64,000 nucleotides of DNA from Chrysomallon squamiferum (GCA_012295275.1 CM022676.1:10850001-10914000); one strand, 5' to 3'; counted from the first letter of the stretch, positions 1 through 14,430 are shown. Translations and numbers: made by a program. Notes: generated by a model from the sequence alone, not told the origin.

Positions 1-467
1 TATAAAATATACCATAACTTTGTGAAGTAGAAAACAGGGAGTATAATGATCTCAACCAGGCAATACCTATATGGGCAAGATCATTATACATTTATGTGAA
101 ACTAAATGCTGTTTAAAATGATTATATTACTAAGCATATTAAATATTTACCATTATCATTCATGTTCTTTATATCTTATATGTAATACAGTGTGTGTGTG
201 TGTGTGTGTGTGTGAGCAAGAAATAAGTGTGCTCTTAGTATATATAAATCTAAATGAAATAACCATCATTTTGATCAAAATTTAATCCTGGCGCAAAAGG
301 AATCTATGATAGGTTTTGAAAATATTGTGAACTACTGTCAAAACTGTTATTTTTTATCATAAAGTTTAAAATAAAAGCACACCTACAAAGGAATCCTGAA
401 TGACTGCACAGCCTCTTTTTGAAAATAGTTTACTATAAAGCTTGATTAATATTACTCCTCAATAAAA

Positions 468-1415
468 ATGGCGTTTACTTCCCAGAAGTGTCAGCTCTAT
501 TTCAAACAGATATCCATGTTGGATACATTTGAACGACAGTCAGTTGACAAATGTTACAATGGACAATCATGTACCAAATGTGCTGAAACTGAAGTGAAGC
601 AATGTCTATCTAGAATTCAGCAGAGATCTGCAACTTCTCGAGAAACCCCATGACTTTTGATTCAGCATCTTGAAACTTCTGAAATATATGTCCAATTAAA
701 GAATGATTGAGAGAAAATGGAAGTTGGATGATGAACCTGTTCCGAATCCAAGAAATCAGCATTCCAGAAATGCTGAAAAAAAACTACAAGTGGAGACAAC
801 TTTCTGCTACATGACTCCGGTGCAGATAACCTTGAAACATTCTTCATCTTAGGAACAGAAGAAAATCTTCAGTATTTGGCTTCTAATGGTTTGATGATGG
901 AACTTTCGAAATCTCACCTCATCTTTTCTATCAGTTGACAACAATTCATTATTTCATGCAACAAAAAGTGGGTCTGTGTTACTAGTGCTGTACATTTCCT
1001 CCAAGGAAAAATGAAGGCCATGTATAGAAGAGCATTTGAAGGATATTTATGCATTGGAAGAAAATCTGCAACCGATTTCTATCATGTGTGATTTCACAGA
1101 GCAATACAAATTAATCTTGGGTGGTTATTTCATTTGGGTAAGTGTATATATGAAAAATTCTGAGGGAGTATCTTGTTGAAGCATATGATAATGAGCAAGT
1201 TCATCTTAAGTACCATGATGATAGCCTTAGCCTTTGTACCTGCTGAAAACATCATTCAAGCCAAGGAAAATGTAATAACACATTATTGCTTGCCAATCAG
1301 TAATTTAAAAAATACCCAAGTTTACAAGAAAGCTGCCCACCTAACACTTAGACAATTTGAAGAAACTGAAGTCATGGTCTATCTCCAAGGTATTTCTTAT
1401 GACGTTTGTTATTAG
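468..1415 (+). mobile_element. Degenerate Mutator-like (MULE) transposase remnant
   Basis: Broken frames give ILGTEENLQYL, then WFDDGTFEISPHLFYQLTTIH (~888-950; MULE WxxDGTF..P..FxQLxTIH motif), a CDF...GxYFH-like stretch, LAFVP, and a terminal YLQGISYD. Multiple stops and frameshifts. Confidence 0.75.
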
Positions 1416-2658
1416 TGTACTGGATAATCTGAAATTTAAACTTTTTTTTTTTACTGAGTATGTCATTTGAAAGATCTTGACAAATTGTTCACAACACTGG
1501 TTGAATTTTTCAGATGATACCAATACTGAAACCACATTTCTGATTCTGTCCCTGTGTGCATACATATTCATACAAACATGCTTATTGGATGTGTCTGTCA
1601 TCAACTACCTGCTTTTTTTCTAAAGTTCTTACTGCAAAAACAATTTTGTAAAATTTCATTTAATTTAATTTTTTTTTTTAATTTTTTTTTTTTAATTATT
1701 ATTATTATTCTTGGTTGGAATTTTAATTGCATTTCATTTAAGTGTTTAAAGTATGAAATCTGGGTAAAGATAGGGGTTGGCCATTCTGGTTACATTTCAA
1801 ATGTGCTTCGTATAAACAACCTCATTTTTTGCATATTTTCCTTTCTTTTTTCTTTTTTCTTTTTTTGTAAGAAGATAATGTTCAAGATGAGCACAAATGT
1901 TAAATGTCTTTTTTCTTTATCATAATATTAATAAGATTTCTTTGAGTTTGTAACAAAGTTTGACTTACATTATTGAATTTATTTCATGCATTTGTAAAAT
2001 CTGCATTTAACCCTGTAAACAAGGTGTTTGTGATGCAGACAGTATTTAAAGTATTTAGCAGAAGAAGAATATGCAGGTACTCCAAAGCACCTTTCATAGT
2101 ATTTGTACATGTTTTTACTGGTTCAAAATGGTTCAAAATGTAAAGCACTTACAATTACTGAACTATAATTAATGTGGCATGAGTTGGTGATGGTGTTCTG
2201 AAAATTTAGGCACCCACTAAGCCAAAGGTCCACAGAGAGAGCAAACTGATATGAGGACCATCTTGTTTGTTGGTTAGGAGATAATACAACTAATTGAACT
2301 GCTGGACTCAAGTTCAGTTTCAAAAGAACTGCAGACTTCACAGTGGAATTAAGTGTTCCTCATTTCTGGCACAACTTGATTCTGACGTTCTCACTGGCCT
2401 GACGTTTGCAGCCATTCCATAGTGTGTTCCCGATGAAGATGCTGATCATATCTTGGTATACTTGTTGATTGGGATCCCATAGCACCAAATTCAAAATTGT
2501 GTATCATTGATAAACCTTCTGTTACATCTTGTCGACGGATGTACTCTCTGAGTAAAAAGGATAATGACTATGAGGGAAGTGGGTGACTGAATGATCTTGT
2601 GACTGCTGAACTGGTGAGAAGACAACGAGGGAAGTAGTTTGATATCATATGATCATAG

Positions 2659-3174
2659 CATGTAGGTCTACAATGTATTACTCAGTGATCAAGAGAAATA
2701 GTGATTCCTAGCATCAGGAATTTGTCATTCAGGTTTTAGGTAATCAGTTAATGGCAGAAAAGGTTTTATTTTCAGTGTGTATTGCTGCTAAACAAAGAAT
2801 ATTACACCTCTGAAACTTTTATATGTTTTAATTTACATGAGGGAGATTAATTGTCACAAGGTCAATTTCAATGTCATAATAAAGATCAAAAGGTCAGTCT
2901 AGCCCAACGCTGAACAATAATGGCAGATTTGGAATCCTTGTCATATTGCCTTTTCAACAATACCAATTTTATGAAGATTGGCCCAGTAGTTCATGCGATA
3001 TGTGGGTTCAAAGGTTGGTGGGCCATGCCCATTTTCACCAAAAACCACTGGTTCAATTGGCCTAAAATTTCAGATTTGGTGCTGTGGGATCCGAATCAAC
3101 ACGTATGCCAAGTTTCATAAAAATCTGAGATGGTCGGGTTTAATTCATTGGGTGATTTGACATGGAATGACCCT
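2659..3174 (+). mobile_element. Dispersed repeat, copy 1 (non-autonomous DNA-transposon-like end)
   Basis: Colinear with 5604-6126 from CATGTAGG(T/C)CTACAATGT to GGGTGATTTGACA(T/C)GGAATGACCC; similarity stops sharply at the 3' end, as at an element terminus. An inverted fragment lies at ~2452-2500 and weaker fragments near 20540-20750. Confidence 0.7.
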
Positions 3175-4779
3175 ATACTTAACAGATGTATAAAAGAAAA
3201 ACCAAATAATTTTTTCTCCATTAATTTTTTGAATAATTTGAATGTAATAACAGCCAATTGTAAAAAGTGGTCACATGATCATTGGGAAAAATACTTTCAA
3301 GTTCCTAGCAATATATTTTCAAAAAAAAATGAAAGTGATCAGTTGTTCATGCAGGCATTGATTCATCTTGGATGAAATGGAAAACAGGTTTTAAGAAAAG
3401 ATCACATGCAGGAAACTTTATCATCACGTAAGGTCTTTATGCAGCTGGAAAATAGCCTTTATTGTTCAGATAATCCCAATGGATTGAATGCAATAAATAA
3501 GAAAAAGAGTTTTTTTTTTTGTGAATTTTCTGATTTTTTTTTTTTTTTTTTTTTTTTTTGATTATGAAGTATTTCACAAAATATAACTGGATATAATACT
3601 GATCTAGTATTATTTTAAATCAATTTTTAGTCAGTACACGTACACCACTGATTTTCTGGAATCCTTGATTCAAAAGACACTCTGGATTATCAGTTTTTCC
3701 AGCCAGTAGTGAGGTTACCTAATAATTCAACAATATATGTTCTATGTATGTTCATTTTTCTTTCACTGTGTAACAACTACAAACTTAAAAACATTAAATG
3801 TTTTTCTAAATCATTAAATGAAATATATTATTATAAATGAAAGAAGTTCGTTAGTACAGGCTGCATCAATTAAATCAAATTGTTAATAAATACATTTAAA
3901 AGTAAACCCTCTTAATTAAATGACTTTCAGACGAGTTACAGTTTTATCTGGTGTAAAAGCAGCTTGAGATCATCAGTATATCTTGAAAAATGGTTGTGTA
4001 TTTGTACTAACTTTGTAGAAAATTTGGAAAATAAAGGCTGTTTTCTGGACACATAAAGGGTGTTCCACATGTAGTCATTCCTTTCTACCTTTCTCACGTG
4101 ATATTGAGCCATCTATAGATGGAGTGCAAGAACACAACTTAACTGATGTCTGTGCAGAATATCTACCCAGTGATAGTTCAGCATAATCAGTTGATAGTAC
4201 ATAACCTTATCTCCAGATAAGCCTGACATTGTGCTGTAATGTTGGAGTAAAGTAGGACCATTATACCATTTTGTTATTTTTGTATATTTATGTAAATAAT
4301 CGGCATTTCTGAATTTCAATGTTGATTTACTCCATAGCAAGACACTGGTTTTAGAAGTAATTAAATATTATTTTGATTATTTGGACTTTTCAAAAATAAT
4401 GTTTATGGTGTATCTTCCATTATACAAAGTAAACAAATATTCAGTGATGTTTGCAGCTTAAAAATTATTAAATAATTTTGTTCATAGATCTAAATAACAA
4501 CAAAAAACCAACAACAAAAAAGCAAAACAAGAAACAACCCCACCCCTCCTAAAAAAAACCCAACACAAAACCTAAATATTTTCAAATATATTTAAGATGA
4601 GAGGGGGAAAATATAATTAACAGAAATATTTTCAACTAAAAATAACTTAATATTAGCAATTGTTTTTCTAACATTGAATTAAAATTATTTAAATATAATT
4701 GATTCAACAAAATGAAAAACGAATGAAAATACAACTACAACAATAAACTGAAACAATAGTAATATATATTCTTTTGCAG

Positions 4780-5079
4780 GTTTGATGAACTTAACAGGTT
4801 CTGGTGAAGGTGTTTTCAATCAAAACTACACATTCTAGTGTTCGTTGTCAGACAACATCACTTTACCTATGTCATTTTTGAGGAAAGGAAAAGTTGTGTG
4901 TTCAGTCCTGCCAAGCTGTGCTCAAGTCGCTGTTCTTCCTGGTTACTCTTGTAAATGTGTTGGTAACACTCCTAAACTTTTCAGTCTGATAGTAAACAGT
5001 GTCACTATTTTAGATGAAACTAACTGGACATGTACACATGATAGAAGTGCTAGCAACAATATTACTTTACCAGTTTTGA
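4780..5079 (+). pseudogene. IgSF gene 1, V-like Ig exon with in-frame stop
   Basis: ttttgcag| ... |gtaagt, 300 nt, phase 1-1. Reads LMNLTGSGEGVFNQNYTF*CSLSD...FSLIVNSVTILDETNWTC...NITLPVL, with TAG at 4836-4838 just before the B-strand Cys. Confidence 0.8.
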
Positions 5080-5603
5080 GTAAGTTATTTGTTTTTGATT
5101 TGATAAACTAACACATTTTATTTATTTTAAATGTTATTCTTTGTTCCAGCTACCATTACTTGTGTTTTTCACACAACAATTATTCTATTCAAGAATTATG
5201 TTGTATGCATATAAAATGAAAATATGTAAAACTGCATAATTAGCAAAGACGAAATGTTTTTCTATCTTAACTTTTAATATCATGATATTAATTTCTTATA
5301 TTGTAAATGTCAACAGTGTTAATCATTATAGAGTTCTAATCTGATATATATCAGTGGTGTTGGTGAAGTAGTTCCAGATATACGCTATTTTCTCTGTTTT
5401 CAATGAATGATGGTGACCATCTTGCATAAATGAAGTCAAATCAACCACTGTTTCATTTTAGGCATCTGATTTCTATCGGACTGTTAATTGTGGTCTACCA
5501 TATCAAAAAAAAAAAACAGGCGTAAATTTCTGGCTAAATATGGAACTTTGCCCATTAGTTTACTTATTCCATAAAATACTTTGTCAAGTTGAAATATGCA
5601 CAC

Positions 5604-6126
5604 ATGTAGGCCTACAATGTCTTACTCGATGATCAAGAGAGATGGTGAGTCCTAGCATCCAGAATTGATCATTCAGGTTTTAGTTAATCAGATGTTAATG
5701 GCTGAAAAGGTGTTATTTTCATGTATGTGCATTTTTTAAATCTATATTGTGGCTAAACAAAACATATTACACCCAGGAAACTTTTATATGTTTTAGTTAA
5801 CATGTGGGAGATTAAATTTCAATAAAGGTCATCTCAAGATCACGTGATCAGTCTAATCCTTGTCATTTTGCCTTTCTAACAATACCAATTTTATGAAGAT
5901 TGGCCCAGTAGTTCCTGAGATATGAGGGTTCTAAGGTTGGTGGTCACACCCATTTTTGCCAAAAATCTCAAAATTCGGGGTGCCATATCTCCCACACCAC
6001 TGGTCCGATTGGGCTAAAATTTCAGATTTGGTGCTGTGGGATCCCAGTCAACAAGTATACCAAGTTTTATAAAAATCTGAGACGGTCGGGTTTAAACCAT
6101 TGGGTGATTTGACACGGAATGACCCA
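5604..6126 (+). mobile_element. Dispersed repeat, copy 2
   Basis: Direct-orientation copy of 2659-3174 with a small internal insertion. Confidence 0.7.
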
Positions 6127-6299
6127 TAGTGACTAGTTTCACAGGTGTATAATTATCACTTGATCTTTTCTTGAAACCTAATAGTAGCTGTTACAGTCTG
6201 GGTGCTGTTGCAGCCATCATCTCATGTAGATTTGGTTTAGTGTTGTTTGCTTCCTGATTTCCATCAAGTGAACCATTTGTTCAGTACAGCTTTTGCCTT

Positions 6300-7700
6300 T
6301 TATCTTGAATGAATGCTGGATGAATGGTTACCTATTGGAATATTTTAGTTTAGTTTGAATCCCTCCATCTCCATTTTTGGTTACTTCCTCATCTGATCTC
6401 TCAATATAGCATGTGTCCACTGGTCTGGTATTCCACATGTATTCTAGGATAAGAGCTTTTTTTCACAGTTCTCTCTGGGGTTTTGTCTGGTATAGTCTGT
6501 TGAATATCTGGAAAGTTCTCTTTTCCATGCAGGAGATATACAGTACATTGGGATGATTTTAATTTTATGGTCTGTGAGGTATGTATCAACTTTTTTGTAT
6601 CACTCCCACCTGGTGGGCTTACTGTTTTTTGTTTTTGGCTGTGCTTGTACATTCATAGGCCAGACAGTGATTGAACATTATCCATAGTAAGCTGGCTCTT
6701 TATCTAGAGGTAATATTTCCTTCAGTTTGGAGGCTGAGTTTTAGTTCTTTGTTGGCCAGGCTAAAGACTGTATATGTAATTTTCTTTGGATTTAAATAAA
6801 CCAGCCATGTCTTTGCATTTTTCATTTGGGTGGAGCAGAGCTTCTCATATTTGCTGTTGTAACTCATTCTTCTGAATACCACATAACCAGGTAATCTGAA
6901 TATATTGCTCCATGAATCCATTATGGAGTATTGTTTAATGTAGCATTATAATAAAATGAAAAGAGAATTGCCCTGAGAACTTATATATATGTGATCTGAT
7001 CTTTAGTGGATCCTTTTTGTCAGCTTTATAAACTTAGTGTTTGATATACTGTTGACTTTCTCCAGGATTATGGTACAGAACTACTGACTCAACTTGCAAC
7101 AAGGTGAATATCTCTAAAAGAAAGTCTTTGATATCATATCCCAGATACTGGAGAATTTCATTAGTGATTCCATTTGGGCTGGCTATTGTTAGCTTGGTCA
7201 AGTTTTGTTCATGTAATTTCTGTTATAACATCGTCTTGTTGGATCATGTCTTGATTATTTCTGAGTGTCGTGTACATCTGGCATTCTGTCTGCATTGCAT
7301 GTTTAGATAATTCACTCTTACAAAGCTAAGCTGATTAGACACAGATTTTAGACACAGGTTAATGTAACCTACTGTTTGATAGCATTAACTCAGTTTTGGT
7401 GGTGATGGCATTTATCAATGTTTTTGATATAGGTGTGTGAATATGGGGGGGGTGTTTGTCTGATTGTATGGCATCATAAATATATACCAATTCACATTTT
7501 GTAACTAAAGTGTAAAAAGTGTTTGGTAATGTATGTAGTGCCATTTCAATTTATTCAAATTAGGAGTTACCCAGTTACATTGCAATGCATTGTACACTAC
7601 CTGTAGACCCAGAAACTATATTCTAGCAATTTAGAGCAGGATGTATCTGGCAAACTATCTTAGAAATATGTATTACATTGTAATATATTTCAAACTATTT
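6300..7700 (-). mobile_element. Degenerate LINE reverse-transcriptase remnant
   Basis: Minus strand near 7000-7195 reads KLTIASPNGITNEILQYLGYDIKDFLLEIF...VP*SWRKSTV...KADKKDPL, resembling non-LTR RT domains 0-1 (SPGPDGI..EML..L...LL.IFN...VP..WK.A.V..I.K..KD). Boundaries are approximate. Confidence 0.6.
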
Positions 7701-8899
7701 TTGGATCCATAATACTGTATCTTACCAATTTAGAGTAGTTTAATGTTAGGTAGATGGCACTGAAAAAAAGGCAACTGAGGAAAAAACACCTGAAACAATA
7801 AAGCAGCCAAGAAAAAGAATGGCCACAGAAATGTGAGGAGAAAAAGAACAACACAACATACATATTACATATTGAGACAGATCCTTTAAGTTACAGGAAT
7901 GAAAGCTTTTACAATCTACATGTAATAGACATACATGATAATATTTGCATTTTGTGTGTAATACAGCAGCTAAATGTTTTTCATGGTGTAATGAAAACAA
8001 TGGAATCACGTAAATGCATTTAATAATTGAGTGGTTAAAGAATAATACAAGAAAGAAAACAACAAAAAATTCATGCATTTACAGATACAATTTATTTTAA
8101 ATAAAATGACACTTGTTTAAATAGAGGCTGATCAATGTAAATTAGGGGATTAAAAAAAAAAAATGCTTAATATTCAGAATTTTACTCTGGGAATGGCTTC
8201 AAGTGTGCATAAAAGAAACATGTTAAACTGAAGATCTAAAATTAATAGTTTGAGAAAATGTGTATTCAAATTTAAAATATAATAAACAAAAAAGAAAGCA
8301 AAAACAGTAATGACATATAAATCCTAACACACCATGTTTAGAAGGCAACATTAGTATACTCAGAAATGTTTTAGAATTACAGAGGTAAAGGTTTCCTAGA
8401 ATAATTTTATATCCCAAGTAGAACATTATAACAATATATATAATCTAGTACAATTTTTACTAAATTGTCTTAAAACACTTCTTAATGCCAACTTTCTTAT
8501 TTTCTGCAAAAATAACAAGTTGCCCATTTTTGTGACATATCTGGTTCATTGAAACAGGGATTTCTTTTATTTCATTATTTTTTTATATATATTTTTTAAA
8601 TTTATAATTTGTTTAATTTTTTATATATATATATTTTGTATCTGATTGAAGACAAACCTATTTGAAATTATTAAAATGTGCACTGATAATAATATTGTTT
8701 TGCCATTGTAGAAGATACATTCAGCATTTTTACCATTTAATTAAAATAACTCTTTTAAGATCATTTAATAAGAACTATATCTTGCTTTCTGTTTGTTAAT
8801 ATTTGCTATTTGACATAAACTTAATAAATATCTGTGTTTTATGGTTTGATTACATCATAAGGAATAGTACAGTGAATTTTCTTTATCTTCCTTTTCCAG

Positions 8900-9238
8900 C
8901 TCCAGTTCAGTATGTGAACATAAACATTTCTGGAAAAAGACCAAACTCATTTCAGATCACTCAGGGATACTCTGCTATTTTTACCTGTGTTGTACATGGA
9001 GCCAAACCAGCACCGACTGTTTCACAGATCTTGTGGTACGTAGACAATAACAAGCTTCCTGTCAGCACCACTGGATCTCCCACTACTACTGACAGATTGA
9101 CAACATTAAATGTGACGTACACAGCCAGCAGAGAACATGATGGTTGGAAAGTTTTCTGTGCTGCTAAAAATAGCTTGATGTTTGACCAAAATATCCCAGC
9201 TGTCAGCTCAAGTAACAAAATTGAACTACATATACAAG
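8900..9238 (+). pseudogene. IgSF gene 1, C2-type Ig exon (frame intact)
   Basis: cttttccag| ... |gtaatt, 339 nt, phase 1-1. FTCVVHGAKPAP...ILWYV...LNVTYTASREHDGWKVFCAAKN is a CD80/nephrin-like C2 Ig pattern. Confidence 0.85.
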
Positions 9239-9906
9239 GTAATTACACTTTTTTTTTTTCACCTTGTTTAAAATGAAGCAGTAGATTCAAATGTAATGCT
9301 TGTTGTGTGTGTGTGTATGGATCTTAGTAACAAGTTTGGAAGTAACCAGCACCTAACAAATTATCTTTATTTGAAATGTATGATTTGTAACATTTTGATA
9401 TTAACGATGATTTAGATTAGTTGTACAGAATTGATTCGGTGCTGCTAACTGTAAAATAGTGCTTTAAGATTAATTAAATCTCACTGTAATGGAACAAATA
9501 TCAGGAATATTTGAGTTTTCTTCAGAGAATGATCTGTTGACCCATTCAGAAATTATTCAGGCAGTTGGATCCGGGTTTACTCCTTGAAACATGACCAGAT
9601 GAATAATTATGTCCCAGTTAGTAAGTTAATTTTGATACCAGAGTCTATTCTTACCGGCTTCGTTGCAGAGTTTTATTTGGTTTTGAATAAAATGAACAAA
9701 TTAAAATATGGCAAATTAGAAACAGTTTGATCAAATTTAGTGACAGGTCTGGTATATTTTCATTTGTGACAGCCATAACTTTATTGACATAGAAAATGAT
9801 AGATCATTTTGATAGGGTCATGAATTTTTTTTATTTCCAGACTTTAATTTTTTAAATAAAACTGCAAGTAATGGATGGACCAGTGAATGACATTTTTCCT
9901 TTTTAG

Positions 9907-10195
9907 CAGAAGAAAGAAATTAAACAAATGTGTCTACAACAACTCGAAACCTGGGATCAGGTTCTGGCTGTAACTTAGTTTGTATTATCCTCATTACAGT
10001 TATCAGTGTTACAGGTGTTTGTATAATGATAACATGCTGTCTGATATCACTAAGAAACCCAAAACACAAAAAAAAAAAGATAAAACTACAAATATTGAAC
10101 TGAACAGTAAAATGAACACTGAAACGTCTCAAACTGAGGTTTCTGTTGATGTCAAAGCAGAAGAAAATTATAACATTCAAGAAAACACTGTATAA
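9907..10195 (+). pseudogene. IgSF gene 1, stalk/transmembrane/cytoplasmic exon (disrupted)
   Basis: tttttag| phase 1: AEERN* (TAA 9921-9923). The same frame continues TNVSTTTRNLGSGSGCN-LVCIILITVISVTGVCIMITCCLISL-RNPKHKKKK (TM plus basic stop-transfer). Probable frameshift in the poly-A run before the tail DKTTNIELNSK...ENTV*. Confidence 0.7.
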
Positions 10196-11926
10196 AACGT
10201 GCAGAATCAGTGTTTTTTAACCTCTATTAATTTGGCTTACAAGCAGACAAAAACTTTATGAATTGCATGGAGAAAAAGATAAAGAAATGCTCATAAACGG
10301 AGTGTTGTTGTTTCCTTGATCATGAGTTTTTCTGTGAAATAATAACCTGCACTTGTAAAACAGGATGTTTTAAACACTACACGTAGCACTTTTGCTTTAA
10401 CTCAACAGTGAAAACCATGTTAAATATTTTGCAAGCATTAGGCTCTGGCTGCATTTAGCCCCATTGGAAAGCTATTAAAATATGTAAAAACGGTGACCAT
10501 TATAGTAGGTTCAGTTGATTATTTTCAGTGAAAAACATTGGCTGCTGGCGGTTATAAACCAGTGACTGCACAGAACAGCTCATTTAAAGAAGGAAATACT
10601 TTTGGGGGAATTTGTGGTGGGATTTAAACAGGTGACTGTTAGACGAGTTTCGCCTGTGTGTATGTATGTACAGACACAGATACACCTTGATAATTCAAAA
10701 CTGAAAAGTATTAATAAAATAGTTTAACTTTCAGGGAATTCAAATATTTACAGCAGTTTCTTCTAATGAATATACATTATAGGTCTGTGTATATAAGCAT
10801 ATATCTATATATCTAGCTATCTATCTATATATGAATGTATGTATGTATTCATATTTACAAGCATAATTCGTACAATTCTCTTAAATCACATTTAAATTGC
10901 AAATAACATGTTTTCCACTGTACACTTCTTTGTAAATACAAAGAAACACTAATGAGTAAGAGTTAATAGTTCACTGTCGCAGTTCTTTGAGGACTGTATG
11001 CAATTATATATTATGTAAAGAAGCCCTTCGCCTTACATAGGCAGATGACCTATATCAAGTTAATTTTATTCCGCTTAAAGAACAACTTACTATTCTCTGC
11101 TTTGAGTTTTCGGAGGCTAATTTCAATTAAATTAATAGTCTAGGACCGCAAAAAAACTTTGAGAAACAGGTTTTTACTGTTGTCAGCATTTGAATTTTTG
11201 AAGGTGATTACTAGCAGATATAAGAGCTCGGCTGGGACAAGACTTTCATTTCTGGAGATAGACGTGCTTGAAAGATATGAGTATATGTGTGCTGCTAGAT
11301 ATTTGGTAGTAATTAAAGGATTATTTATTTATTTATTTATTTATTAATTTATTTTAGATCCAATAAGCGGAAGCGATTCCACATTTTCTTCAATGATTTA
11401 TCCAATAATCACGTAAGTAGTCTTGTAACTATTTTCTTTTTATTAGTTATTTTATTGTAATATTAATTTTATCAGCCTTCCTCTCAGTATATCTGCATGT
11501 ATCATCTGTACCTATGTCTAGTATCGCTCAGTCTGTTTGTTTCTGTGATTCTGTATATCTACTTTTCTGTCGGACCGTCTTCAAGTACTTGTGTATGTAT
11601 GTATATATGTATTATCTATATGTACATGTAAAGATGTGCCTGTATCACTGTATGTAATGATGTCTATCTACATATGTTGTCTTTTTTGATGTCTGTGTAC
11701 CTTTCTTATCTGTGTGTGTGCTTATCTATTTCCGTGTGTCTAATAATTATTTGTTTATCATTTTATCTTTATTTTATCTTTCTTCAGGTTTATCAACACT
11801 TTAGTCATCACTGGTTTGCTGTAGATCTACAGACTCCTCAGAGATAGATAAACACGGAGATATGAGATGTATAAAATATTGACAACAATCTCAATTATAT
11901 TCTTGTTTCTTTCTTTGGGTTTTATC

Positions 11927-11977
<51 letters not shown>

Positions 11978-13219
11978 ACTTACTTTGTATATTTATATAT
12001 GTATTAAAATGATTCTTTTGTTTTTAGGTTTTTCTAAATGAAATATATTACATATGTATATTTCTAGAATTTAATTTGTAACTAAATAGAATATTTTATT
12101 TACTGTGAACGACTGATCTTATAACATTTTGACAGTTACTTTTAGAATAATTGGATAGAATTTAAAACTGTGTTTCTTTTTATCATTTGTAAGTAAACAG
12201 TGTATTAGTATACATGTGCCAAATACTTGTTAGAATTACAAATCAGAAGTAAGTCATCAGTTAGAATGCTGGTATATTTTCAGTACATTTGAAAGCATTT
12301 CAGAAAAGAAGACATTTTTATAAGAAAAGTGTTGACGTTGGTTATTAGTATTCTTACAGTTATTAAAGTGTTTAAATATTTATAAAATTATTGAAATTCA
12401 TTGTTAAATGTTAAGTGCTTTAATGTACTTTTTTTTGTTCCATATTTAAACAGTTTCAAATTTCATTTGTGGTGTTATTTCTACTTTATTTATTTTAATT
12501 GAAATTTTTCTCTGTTTGAATTTAGTCTGTTCAAAGTTAAATTTTCGTTTGGAGATGTCATTAAAACACTCTGAATTTTGATGTGTGCCTAACTTGTATT
12601 TTATGTTCTTTCACGCACTCGTACAGCTTGGAGTGCCTTACTAAGCTGCCAGGTTTTCACTATTCGCGTTAAAATAAACTCATCTGTATTATGAGACTAA
12701 TCTTTAAAATAATACAATGATGCAATACATGAATTTCAAAGGTTATTATTTATTTGGTTAGGTATCTATATATTTATTATTATTGTTTCTGCTAAAAAAT
12801 TGGAGACGGTTATCAACCAGAGCTTATGGTCAAATAAAGAAAAAAAATATAATTTTTTATTTTGTTTTTTTTTGTTGTTGTTATACGATTTTGTTTTTTG
12901 TAAAACGATCTGTGACGCACAAACAAATCAGTTATTGTTCGAGATTAATTCTGGGCGCGAGTACATTTCATAACATTATAGAAACTATGTGTGAAATGCT
13001 TTAATATCCATGCTCCATGTAAACGTCTTAATTATGCATATACCGAATGTTTCGAATTTCAACCCTGACAATAAGGCTTTCACTGTTTTCTTCTATTATT
13101 TTAAGTGAATTTTTTATCTTTAAAATAGTTATATTTGTTAATGATTTCTATATAAAACATTCTTAAAGTTGTTAAAATGTTCTGCTGTCTGCATGTTGGG
13201 TTTGTTATTTTAAAAGCAC

Positions 13220-13331
<112 letters not shown>

Positions 13332-13444
13332 GCAATATACAGTGTTCACCAAATGTGTAATATTTTATTATTAACAATTATTAGACTTGAATGTTCTGTA
13401 ACAATGTTGATATAAGAGAGAAACAGAATGTAACTAGTAAACCG

Positions 13445-13706
13445 TCGCCATTAGTAACTGAAGAAACCAAACTTTTCCCATTATCATATGTATTAAATTT
13501 TTCATTTAAACTGCTCCTTGTTACAGTACCAGAGTCAACAATTGTCTCAGTGGAGCTGGTAATGCCGTCTGTTATCTTTGAACCATTAAAGTCTATGTGA
13601 TTACAGCTTCTGGACGGCAAGGGTCGGTTGAACAGGTCAGTTGTGTAAGAATTGCTGGCTTTACTCGAGTTGATCCAGTTATTATAGAAACCTTTTTGGA
13701 AAGGAA
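13445..13706 (-). pseudogene. Inverted, decayed copy of the C2 Ig exon of IgSF gene 2
   Basis: ttttcaag|TTCCT... aligns with 23370-23625. It has a +1 insertion, Trp TGG>TAG, a -1 deletion, and the second Cys TGT>TCT. The exon 3' end and donor are not recognisable. Confidence 0.8.
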
Positions 13707-14430
13707 CTTGAAAATAAAACAATAAATACAGAAATCCTGGGAATTAATAATTAATCATTTTTACCATTATAAAACATTTACTTCCAAATGGAAGAAAACA
13801 AGGATTTTAATTTTTTTTTTATATTTTATATCTTTATTATATTTATAAGTAATATGGAAAGCACTGTTAACCTTAATATTAGTAATAGAGCTGTACAACA
13901 AAACAACAGGTGATGAAGTGACACATGGGTAAAATATTTATTTTCAGATTTTGAGTTTCACAAAATATTTAGACAGGGTTTATTGCTCTAACATTTCATT
14001 TACTGTGTGAAAATATTTCACCATTATATGCTGATATCCATGTACCATTAACAAAGAAAATTCAAAATCTGGATAGTGGTTCAAAACCTTTAATGTTATA
14101 GAAAACAGAAGATAGATATTTATAATGCACTGTCCTTGAAGGGCTGTTGAAGAATATTGTGGATGTCTTAAAATACTGGTCAGTTTGGATATTTGCAAAA
14201 AAAGTTGCTTGTACAACTAATCTATTATGTGACCAGGTATGCTGTGACTACCTAATTAAACTTAATGAAAAAAATCTTGAGAAGAAACTGATGGATGACA
14301 TCGAAACAAGCAATGAAAGTACATTTCAAATTTTAACAGAAAAGTCGTATTCATGTTTATATCTTGTTTGCAAACGAAAAGCTAATAAAACTGAAATCCC
14401 TGTCTATTTTTTAGTAATAAAATAAAAGTT
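13445..14430 (-). repeat. Inverted duplication, left arm (partner 22615-23625)
   Basis: For example, 14190-14262 is the reverse complement of ~22782-22855. Similarity covers ~700 nt of intron plus the exon. Confidence 0.9.
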
